Positions 53,598 to 64,000 of a DNA stretch of 64,000 nt are shown in pieces. Below the pieces are notes generated by a model, which saw only the letters and a list, made by a program, of their open reading frames with translations, had not been told where the DNA came from and searched no databases. Position numbers and translations under genes: made by a program. Source of the DNA: Diadema antillarum (Eukaryota); contig NW_027270982.1 of NCBI RefSeq assembly GCF_040938485.1, forward strand, positions 2,914,001-2,978,000, written 5' to 3'. Position 1 is the stretch's first letter. Each line of letters opens with the position of its first letter.

Positions 53598-55794
53598 TCA
53601 ATCGTTTTTGCTCTGGGACCACTTGTCCACATTGTTATTTGTCTCTATAGCTACAATGTGACTGTGAGCAAGGACCGTTGAGTGACTACAATCGTATTAT
53701 CCGCTTGGTTTGGATCTCTTGACGCACATGATAGGGCCGGGCACATAACTGCAGTGTATAAACTCGTGACATTAGGAACATTTTAGTCGGGAATCTATTT
53801 GGCATTGAAGACGCGCAGGGTGTGACGGAAGGAATCGAGAATAAAGGTTGTCTCGTTGGCATGATGCACACAATATAGGCTGAAATTCGCCCAAACCTCG
53901 GAAGGCACATACCAGCGTTCTGACTCCTTCGGCCCCGTTCTGGCAAAATAGATGAAATTCGCTTTCTTTAATACCGAAGCTGTTTATTCTTCTCGCCAAA
54001 AAAGGCAGCAGTGGTCAGACTCGAGGTTAGAGTGTATCATTGGGTGATTTTTTAGTATGCTATGTGTAAGTTGAGTAGGAATCTGGTGCCCTGACTGTAG
54101 TCGTTACACTCCCTGCGAAAACAAATATTTTAATGGAACTTTGCTGCTAGAAGAGGTGATTTGATGTCTCGCATGCTCTGCGGTCAGATTATGATGCCTG
54201 GTAGCATTTTCAGTTGATGGGGTGTTCTAAACATAGGTGATCTCCAAACTTTATGCTTATTCACGTATGTTAATATTTGTATTGTCATTGGTGCATATCA
54301 ATTAACATTCTTGACTCAGCCAGACGTGGCGATATTATCAATAGTCCTTCCAATGGAAAATTATCAGGTTTTGTTTCGTGTATGTGTGTGTGTTTTTTTT
54401 TTCTAATTGCTTTCTTTGTTTGGGTTGATTCATGTGTGAACGCCACTGTTGATTAGCATCATAACGAAAAGAATTCGTGCTGGGAAAACCCTGGGAAAAG
54501 TGACTCTTTTAAGTAGATGTAATCAGGAATAACGAAAGCCAAGTCTGTGCAATTAAAGCATATGGTTTTGACATGACGACCCTGTCATCACTGTAGGAAT
54601 CGGCAGCACTGCGTTGGATATGGTTCGTTAATTTGCCATCGGAATCAAGCGCTGACTGAAATACAGAAGTTCAACGGTCTCTCAATTGACTGCTAAGTCA
54701 TTTAAAAGAAATCTTTGTCAAGGGCGTTGAACGTTGTTTGCCTGCTTTCCGAGGGGTAGGAGAAGAAAATAATTGGGAGCCACTTTAATCACTTAATTTA
54801 TCGTCATTGCAGCTCCTTGGGAAAAAAGTTTCGAGTGCTTACAAATCGAAGTGATTACACTTTATTATAGTTAATTTCCCAATATATGCGCAATCCAGTG
54901 AAATAACATTTTCTGACAATGGGCTTCGCAGCAGATATCGTAGCCTGAAGTGGAGAAGTGATAATTTCGATTGTCAGTTCATTTTTAGTAAGCAGGAGAT
55001 AAACAACTGATTTCATGCTTTCATAAGAATTGATGTGAATATGCCGATAACTAGAAAGAAAGAAACAAAAAAAAACATTTTACAAATCTAAACATATAGG
55101 GCCTATGTCTGAGGCTATGTGTATCATAGGCAAAAAAGGGAGACAAAATATTAAGCAATCCTCAGCAGTGACAAGGAAAAAATGTTCCATATTATAATCC
55201 CACCAGTTATCAGCTCTGAATGTTCAGTTGTATTTTTAGTCAGAACACGCCTAAAGATTTGCTAAGGTGTGCACAATTATTAGCACCGCACCAATATTGA
55301 ATAAACATAATACGTCCCACGCATGAAGCAAAAGTAAAGGGGGCCTGTTTGCAAACTTCGTATATTACTCATCATTCACGTCTATGTTATGAATATATGT
55401 CTCCAAAACACCCAAGGGGCTTGTCTGCTCCGTTAATATTTGTGTGCACGTACAGAGTGACGTGTTTGTTCCCAGCCGCGGTTTTGGTATGAATGTTACA
55501 AATGTGTTCTTTTACTGCGTCCAATGCGTCATCTGCTTACCCCTCTAATATTTTGGGTATTTAAGGGGAGGGGAAAAATGTCCACACTCATTACACACTC
55601 CAAACATCGGATTTGGAGAGCGGGAAGGAATGAACACGCAGTCCTTGATTGATTAAAAAAGAATTATAAAAGACTGTACAGAGAACTCAGCTTGTTACGT
55701 TCAACCCATGTAAATTGTAAGATTATTCTCTTCATAGCAAAATGCATAAAACTGATATCTTTATTATTTGTTTTGTTCTGGAAGTGCACATCAA

Positions 55795-55860
<66 letters not shown>
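55795..55860. repeat. (TA)n microsatellite
   Basis: Read directly from the sequence. Confidence 0.95.
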
Positions 55861-55863
<3 letters not shown>

Positions 55864-58800
55864 GTAAAGAGAGAGAGAAAGAGATTCAATTCAGATTCAT
55901 TCTCTTCGATTCGCTCAATGATATCATATCCAAATTATAATTATTCCCAACAAGTTCATACCAAATTAAAGACTTCTGTCTTTTTAGAATGACACCCTTT
56001 CGCCATCCGCTTGATATGATTGATACTTTCGTTTAAAAATGTCATGTTACATCAGTTCTAGGTCAATTAATTCCTGCTTCTGCAGAGGAAAACGGAAAAG
56101 AAAACGTCGGTTGTCGTGTTGAGTTGTGACATAGCATTATCTTGCTCCATTGATTTTCCAGTGAGTCACTGCGCATGCAAAAAGGGACACCTCCTACAAT
56201 CTAACCTTGATTAGTCTTTCATCAAAGACACTCGTTATCAAAGATTTGTCGCGAACAAAAAGGGGCAGCTTTTTAACAAAATGCGACTGCCAATAGTAGA
56301 ATCTTATATTGGTATACAATAATTTTTCGTAGACGACAACGTTACATAATGACCACCAAATTGGCCAGTTATGAACAGGCTCGTTCAGTACCTCGTCAAT
56401 GCGCATGTGGGAAAAACTCGGGTCTGATTTTGTCATCCATCCGTTCTACCAACCGATGGCCGAGATCACAAAAAAAAAAAAAAATGGTCTCCGACATTTT
56501 TCGGAAGCCCTCAGGTGAGACGTTTTGCCAAAATTGAGTCTACTGTTGGCCGGGATTATGGAAGCAGATTATAGGCGGCATAACTAGTCCTGTAATATAT
56601 TATGAGCCTCAAAGTATACCTCAAAGGTCTTTAAATTACGCTGTTCTTAATGTTACTCTGCAATGTCAAGTAACACACGATAAAGGCAAGTTTGGGTAGC
56701 TACGTGTGAAATAAAAATGTGAATAATTTCCTCCCCCCCCAAAAAAAAAAAAATGATAATGCATTGTAATAAAACATATTAAGTTTGATTAATCCTGTAT
56801 CGAATTTGGACGAGCACGCTGTACCTTTGACTCGGGGTTTTTCGTCCAGCCCCTCGTCTGTGGCATTCCTAAAAAAAAAAGGAGGAATGGAAATGACAGT
56901 AAAGAGTAAATTACTTGACGACCGTGTGATATCATTCTGCAGCGGCCACGTGTCGGTTCCAAAGTACAAATGATAACGACGGTTTGTAAATTCCAGTTGA
57001 ATGATTCTCGGACCGACTGGCGCTTTTTCCCCCTCTGCTAATTCATTGTTTTGGCATTTGAATCGTTTAAATCAACAAAGTATATAATGACTGTGGAATT
57101 TGAATGATGGCCAAACACAATTGGAGACAGCTGTGAGGAAAGATATATACACAACAACGCATTTTTCAGTGATGAGATCACCCAAATGTCGTACATGATA
57201 AAACCGACACATTTTGAAGGTCAAGGGATTCCCTCGTTTTATTTCGAGTTTTGTTGGGGGTTTTGACGCTTAGTCATGCAATGTAACTGCATCAGAATGT
57301 TGGCGTAGGGAGGTGGGAAATGCCCAGTAGGTCCAGGGACATACGCAGAGTTTCATCGTGATGCATGTAAAGTCATTTGAGAATAGGAATTCCACATGAG
57401 ACGGACGCACCCACGCACTACACTCTTCCTCTGAAGTGAAAGAAACGTGGTTGTGAGTATTATTGTGCTCGTAGCATTGCTTCTCAATCAAATGCCTTTA
57501 ATACAGTGGTCAAGTGCGCGGTTGCTACTTTATGCAGAATGCTGTCATAAGGTCGTAAGGTTTCTTTATTATTTTTGTTCAGGTAAGGGGGGTGGCTTGG
57601 GAGGATTACAGCGGCGTCGATCTGCCGTCATGTTGCTGTTACAATATCGTCGATGTTGTTTATGATTTTTAGCATGCGGTTGACGAAAGCGTACAAACCG
57701 AAGGAATATGCATGACTTTTGTTTGCATTTCCGTGTACTTCAAAATTAAATCCGGGCTCTTTCTCGAAATGTTTATTCTGTGGTAGGTGGAACGGAAATA
57801 TCCCACATCAAATAAAGGAAGAACCGCCGGGCGCCTTATAATTCTTTCTGAAAGCATATCATGAACGATGCTTCGGTTTATTGTCAGTCATAAAAGAACA
57901 AGGAATGACTGAATGCTGTGAATTTTTTCAAACTGCTATTATAACCCTTATTGTAAATCTCATTCAAGCTCCTTTGTTCGATCTGTTTATCAAGAAACAA
58001 TTTTGAATGTAAGCAAGGAGCAATATAGCTATGTTGCTCTATGATGCAAGCATGTAATAGGCGTACAATACGTACAACCTATATACGTACGACGTACGCG
58101 GCCTACATAACATTATGAATATACGTACAAAAATATGTGTGTTTCTTTCTTTATTCGTTTACAGTGGCTGATAAGAATTTTTCATCTCATATTGGGCAGC
58201 TCTTTCTATATTGTTTCCATCTATCATTCGTATGTTTGTGGTGGGGTTTCCCCACAGCACATGTTGCAATTATGACTTTGGACTACCATTCAGCAAACTT
58301 GAAATAAAATATGTCACCTCCTTTGAAATACTAGTATGAACCGCATGCGCCCCCCCCCCCCCCCCCCGCGCACATACGCACACACGTACACACATAATAA
58401 TGTGAATCTCTTTACTTATTTACCGAGGACAATGTTCACGCGTTTTCGACAGCTGTTCGTGCCAACAGTAAATCTTTCATTCGCCAAGCATGGCGCCGGG
58501 CAGAGTAGGGCGGCGGTCTCCCGTGACTGACATATTCATGTTGTTTTGAAGCGATAAATCTCTCTCGCATACACTACTTACCTCGTGTCCGCCACTCAAA
58601 CACTGAAAAATATTTGTTTACAGGGAGCGCACACTGGACTTTTAGCAATAATTATGTGCAATGTATTTTCTTCACTGAAAAGAATTCTCGAACTTCACGT
58701 GTGTCAGTTAGCGGAAATGGTTACTTATTGTCTCCGACTTTAAGGGGATTTCACAAACAAGTCGTATTCATACTGTGTCCATTGTGTTTGAATGCCTACA

Positions 58801-59393
58801 GTTTGTTTTGCTGGTTGGATGAATGAATCATAAATTTTGATGAGCTACGCGTAGCTTCGTATTGTATTTGAGACCGATTTATCACATGGCGCATTCACTT
58901 AAAGGCAAAGACTGAAAAGGCGACAAATTAAAAACGAAAACATTTTAAGACAGCTTTTTGAATGCCTAGAATCACTTGGTCAAGAAAATTTCACAGGAAC
59001 GCTCAAGATCTACAAGAATGTCAATTAGGAGGCCCTTGACTCGATCGCACTGTCAAATGCAAGGCCTTGTCATCAAAGTAATTCTTATTCAATCGTTTGG
59101 GTTAAAGCAAAAAAAAAAAGAAAGAAAAGAAATTTCAGGCCACCTATTAGGCGCGAAAAGTAATCAAATCGATACTACCGATGACAGCGTTGAGAAGGTT
59201 TGATGTAGGCCTATTTCTTGCTTCCACATTCCATCCTCATCAGCCTTCCATCCATCTCTTATAGTTCAGTTTAACATAAGACGTTATCGATTTTTTTTTA
59301 TACACCCAGTGAATTTTCTTTCCAACCAACCTGCGTGATGATATTGAATGTCACATCTTACTAGTGTTGTATTTGTTGTTTTTCGTTTCACAG

Positions 59394-60200
59394 GTTAGTG
59401 ATACACCGCAGGCGACCCCCTTCCTTACCATCCTCCAACACCTACTACGTGTTGACCCCAAGGACGCCCTCAACGATGTCATCTGGGAAGTATCCGAGAA
59501 GCTGATCCACAAGGCGGTTCTCCTGGAGAAGAAGGAACACGTTGAGAAGCTTCTGAAACTCGGCGAGAGGGAGATCGCACGGTCTGTCGCCTCGCTGCGA
59601 AATCGCGCAGACAGCGTCGCCAGCACGCCTCGGGGAGAAAATGGGAAAGACATTTTAACGCCCAGGTCTGAGAATGGAAGCATAAGTGTCCCCGCTGGTG
59701 TCAGTGAAAGTAATGGTGTGATCGGCTCACCCCGTAAGATGGGCGTAGCGGATGCACCCTGCTTGTCTGAATCGATACAAACGCATTCCTCCACGGACGG
59801 TGTGTCACTGTCGAAGTCGAGCTCCTCGATCACACCTCCCTCCTCCTTGCCGATTCCCGCACCCATTGTCCCACCGCCTCCTCCGCCGTCAGCACCCATG
59901 GCTGGACCCCCTCCTCCCCCTCCCCCACCCCCTGGGATGGGCGGAATGCCTGTGCCACCACCACCACCACCACCCCCTGGACCAGGGGGCTTTCCTCCCC
60001 CACCTCCACCTGCTCCGGGAATGCCCCCTCCTCCACCAGGAGCACCAGGGCTCCCTGGCCATTCATCCATGCACATGATGGCTCCTACCGTCGTACCGAG
60101 TGTAAAACCCACATCGAGAATGAGGACATTAAATTGGGTTAAGCTGCCCCCTAGGAAAGTTATGACTGCCAACAACAGTATATGGAGCAAAGTCAACAAG
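59394..60200 (+). CDS. INF2: INF2-like formin large exon: dimerisation/linker region, polyproline FH1 and start of FH2 (VSDTPQATPFLTILQHLL...PPPP...MRTLNWVKLPPRKVMTANNSIWSKVNK)
   Basis: tttcgtttcacAG acceptor; AAG|GTGAGA donor; 807 nt (269 codons), phase 0 to 0. Contains five polyproline tracts followed by the FH2 lasso motif LNW.KL...SIW. Confidence 0.96.
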
Positions 60201-62037
60201 GTGAGATGTGGTTTCTAGACACAGACGTCTCTCTTTCATTCATTTCTTTATATATCAAGAACACAGGAGTACTGTGCTGTTTATACGTTTCGCCATCGGC
60301 GTAACAGCAGTCAATATCAGTGAGGTTTGCTCACTGTTAGAAGTATGATTGTATTTGGTATAGCATGCATATTAATTGAAATACCTTAATGTTTAGATGC
60401 CAAGGCTTCAGTACTACTTAGAAACATCAATTACTTAACAAACATCTCAACAATTAATAACCTATAATGACAGGACCCATGGGGTTTCCTATCTTCTGGA
60501 ATCATTTTTCAGTCTCCCTTAGGAATTTCTTGCAGTGATTGAAATGTTTAAAAGCCAGTAATTGCTTCAGTGAAGACCCAAATACCCGCTTACAAGCAGA
60601 GTATAAAGAATCGAGTATCTGCAACCAGTGGCCTTCACTGTGCGGTAGAACTTAATCATTCCGGTTTTTTCTCTATGGAGTAAAAAGGAAACCACATTTC
60701 TGTAACCGCACAATCGGTGGCACTGCATCGTGGTATTATCTCGCCGATAATGACTTGGTGGTAACTGGTATACGCAAGAAAGAACAATCAACGGTTTGTT
60801 GCACCATCCCTGATTGGGTAGACGGGACATGCCATTTTTGTTCTGCTCCGCCACTCAACCCAGGAACCGCCACTACCCTCCTCCGGTGTGATGCACCCCC
60901 TATCGCGATTGCACGCGTGGCGGACGGAAGGCCGGGAAACGGGGAATGCATGATATCGCTCCGTTGCACTTTTGCAGCCTGATTCCTCGCGAACGGGCGT
61001 CATTGATAAGCAAAAATATCGACTATCCCTACATGTTTCTGTCGTATCCCACAGTGAATCGCTCTACCAGTTTATTCAAACTCATTTCCCCCAAAAAGAT
61101 GGAAGCTAATCCATTTGCTTGTTATATCCGAGATGGCCAAGAAAAAGACAACCCCCCCCCCAAAAAAAAAAAAACCCAACTAACAAACAAACAAACAAAA
61201 ACACCAAACAAACAAACTAGTTCTTTGAATTTAGGCGGCAATTACATTCCGATGGTCAATGAATACTGTTCTTAAATTGGAGTTATTGAACATTTAATCG
61301 AAAAGTATCTGAAAAGTATCTGAAATTTCAGAGAACATATAAAATGAGAATTCGAGAACGAATCTTTCAACTAAAGTCCCGAAATAAAATGGTGTATCAA
61401 GCTATTTGAGTGTGATCAGGCATCGCATGACCTGCTCAACAAATGCATGGGACCACGGACGTGTATACCAGCATTTATATGCGTTCAAATTTTATCTTCG
61501 TTGACAAACGGCAGACCGATTTGACAGAAAAAAGGACAGGAGGACTTCATCATCATAGTAGCGTTTCAATGTGGTTCTGATTTGAAAGCAAATTGATATT
61601 TCTTTTCCTTTGACGTTTCTTTTTCCGTTGTTATTCTGGGAAAATCATTTCCTGATTTCGAAGAAATGGCATAATGTATAAAATATCCAGTATCCCTTTA
61701 CAAACACACACCAAGTTAGGCATTGCGCTCAACAGCAAATGTCAAGTACAAGTTGAAGCGACATTCCAGCCTAGCCAGTCGGGTCAGTCTTAATTTCCTA
61801 AGACATGATTGCCTGAAAAGTTCATCATAATTTGATGATTCGTGTCCATGATACAGCGGTATATGGAATAGATGCGTAAATGATGGTATGATTGCTCTGT
61901 TCAATAGAATTCAAGGATTTCTGTTCGAAACAAAATGCAGGTAGATTGATACTTGCTTGGATTCCACCGCCCCTCCCCACTCCGGAGGTCATCACTCCTC
62001 AACACCCCTTACATGTCCATTGTTTTATTCTGTGCAG

Positions 62038-62163
62038 ATTGAAAATGGAATCAACGCTGACTGGAAGATGGTGGAGGAGTTGTTCTGCCAGCCCAATCTC
62101 ATGAAGCAGAAAAGGAAAGAGGGCAAAGAGAAGGAGATCCAAAAGAAACGAGATTCACAAGAG
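62038..62163 (+). CDS. INF2: INF2-like formin FH2 exon: IENGINADWKMVEELFCQPNLMKQKRKEGKEKEIQKKRDSQE
   Basis: tgtgcAG acceptor; GAG|GTACGA donor; 126 nt, phase 0 to 0; FH2 D...EELF motif. Confidence 0.92.
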
Positions 62164-62203
62164 GTACGATATTAATGGGCGGACCACTGCGATGATAAAT
62201 CCG

Positions 62204-62283
62204 TTAACCCTTTTAGCACCACCACTTTGAAATGCTGTTAACATTGTATGTAGAGAGTTGCCCCATGGTACCGACAGGGTCAA
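62204..62283. mobile_element. Possible 72-bp piggyBac-like mini-MITE
   Basis: TTAA|CCCTTTTAGCACC ... GGTACCGACAGGG|TCAA; TIR and TSD are both imperfect. Confidence 0.35.
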
Positions 62284-62898
62284 TGACGAAAACTGGATCT
62301 GGCATGTATTGGTTCTTGGGACTCTTGTGGGAGAAAGATGGTTAAATTATTGCACTTGCCATGTAGTTGCTATGGGGTAATTACAGTTTGATTATCATGA
62401 GACGGATGTGAAACACCTGACATTGTATTCAAGCACAGCCTGTCGACATCTAAATCTCGTCCAGCCTTCGACTACCTTGCAGCTATGATTTTCCCCAATG
62501 TTCGTGATGTCACCTTTCTTCCCGTTAGAGATGACAATTTAATACAAAATGTTGTACATGGGGAAAGCAGCTATAGTTCTCTCTAAACCAGACAAAAACA
62601 AGGGAGTCACAGTGACTAAGCATATAAACAGAGGAAATGATTGGTGCATGGATTGTTGACAGTTTACACGCAATGGACTCATCCATGAAAACAGTTATAA
62701 TTGTAATTACTGCAATATACACAATGGTAATCAAGCCGGATTTCGTTCTTTTCGAATCATAATTTCAGGGATGATATACCCCGTAGTTTGATCTTTACTG
62801 CAGAGCAGTTTGATGTGTTTTTATTAGCCAACATCCGAATCTTTTTTCGCACACTTCCGGTTCCTAGACAAGTCTTGTCAATTTCCTCCTCTCGACAG

Positions 62899-63063
62899 AT
62901 TAATCTGCTGGACAGTAGGAGGAGTCTCAATGTCAACATCTTCCTCAGGCAATTTCGTACCACCAATGACGTCATTCTGGGACTCATAGCAGGTGGCAAG
63001 AGCAGCGAAATCGGCGCGGAGAAGCTGAAAAGTCTTCTCAAAATCCTGCCAGAAAATGACGAA
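62899..63063 (+). CDS. INF2: INF2-like formin FH2 exon: INLLDSRRSLNVNIFLRQFRTTNDVILGLIAGGKSSEIGAEKLKSLLKILPENDE
   Basis: ctcgacAG acceptor; GAA|GTAATT donor; 165 nt; FH2 motifs LD..RS.N.NIFL.QF and L..LLK.LP. Confidence 0.95.
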
Positions 63064-63423
63064 GTAATTGTTCTCTTCATTATTCTTTCTCTTATATTTC
63101 ATTTCTTTATTTTTTTTTTACTTTCATGTAAGACACTTACCAGTAACCTTCAATAGTCATGATAGTTAAGGTTTTACATGTAACTACCAGATAATGACTA
63201 ACTGGAAGCAATGATGCAATTCAATACAGTGGTCAAAATGTTACCGATGACACATCCAATGCAACTTTTGATTAAGTGTCATATTTTCAATTAATCTATG
63301 TTTACATTTTGATCATGTTTAAGGGTTTTATCAAAAACATGTCGCTTCAACATGTAGAGTCTTTACTAATCCTATCGTTTTGCCTTGTTTGTTTTCATAA
63401 TTATTGTCTCTTGTGTCTGCTAG

Positions 63424-63509
63424 ATTGAAATGATCCGGTCATTCGATGGGGATGGAAGCAAGTTGGGCCAGGCCGAAAAGTTCTTCGTGCAACTCGTGGA
63501 TATCCCTCA
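63424..63509 (+). CDS. INF2: INF2-like formin FH2 exon: IEMIRSFDGDGSKLGQAEKFFVQLVDIP(H)
   Basis: tgtctgctAG acceptor; CA|GTGAGT donor; 86 nt, phase 0 to 2; FH2 L..AE.F motif. Confidence 0.93.
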
Positions 63510-63958
63510 GTGAGTATCCATTCTTTTGAACACACCCCCGTCGAACATAGATTGTACCCTCACAGACACACTTTGAGAGATAGCGTGCATTATTACTCAG
63601 AGCAGTCGTTAAAGCCAACAAGAAGCACATGAATGGCGTTTCTGTTTATGTTGAAAATGGACTTTGCATTTCCGTATCGATATTTAACTTGTACAATTTT
63701 GTTAGCCTTGACTTCAAATCATTTGGCCACTTCACTTCGATCGTTTTTAGATGGTATTGCAGATCATAACTGTATTAGTTAAACTACTTTTGTGAGTGCA
63801 ATGAAGTTGTTCAAGAATTTGGTTGTGGTGTGTTGAGCATTTATTCTAAGAGGAGACTGACTGACTCTGCTCCCCTTGAATTGGCAACAATACGTCACAC
63901 GGACTAGTTGTTTTTATTTTACTATGCTTGATGTTATTTCTTCTTTATCATCAAACAG

Positions 63959-64000
63959 CTACAAACTTCGCGTGGAGAGCATGCTTCTTCGAGAAGAATT
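63959..64000 (+). CDS. INF2: INF2-like formin FH2 exon, cut by the window edge: (H)YKLRVESMLLREE
   Basis: tcaaacAG acceptor, phase 2; FH2 motif Y..R.E.ML. Confidence 0.9.

Noticed and set aside
59351-60199. 282-aa Gly-rich minus-strand ORF
   Set aside because: Antisense shadow of the polyproline FH1 exon (CCN codons read as GGN).

Overview
Eukaryotic, AT-rich genomic DNA with three assembly gaps (1710-1853, 3937-4106, 31264-31546). It is probably from a sea urchin or other echinoderm; this is inferred from a Deu-domain tRNA-SINE and the MITE types and is not proven. The whole window lies inside one + strand gene, an INF2-type (inverted formin) actin nucleator. I can place eight phase-compatible GT-AG coding exons running from the end of the DID/FH3 region through FH1 into FH2. 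The gene starts before the window and continues past it. The three large introns (17.5, 15.6 and 23 kb) contain MITEs, two tRNA-derived SINEs, decayed LINE fragments, microsatellites and an apparently identical 981-bp tandem triplication. Two observations stand out. (1) A coding-like segment at 12805-12919 with a canonical phase-1 donor could act as an alternative first exon, giving an INF2 isoform lacking most of the autoinhibitory DID. (2) Four clear 24-29 bp hairpins (plus one decayed 19-bp copy) with CA(G/A)GGAG...CTCC(C/T)TG ends, each between 7-bp direct repeats, look like P-superfamily excision footprints or an ultra-short mobile element. No intact RNA gene, intact transposase or CRISPR array was found. 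All alignments were done by eye and from memory; no database search was run.
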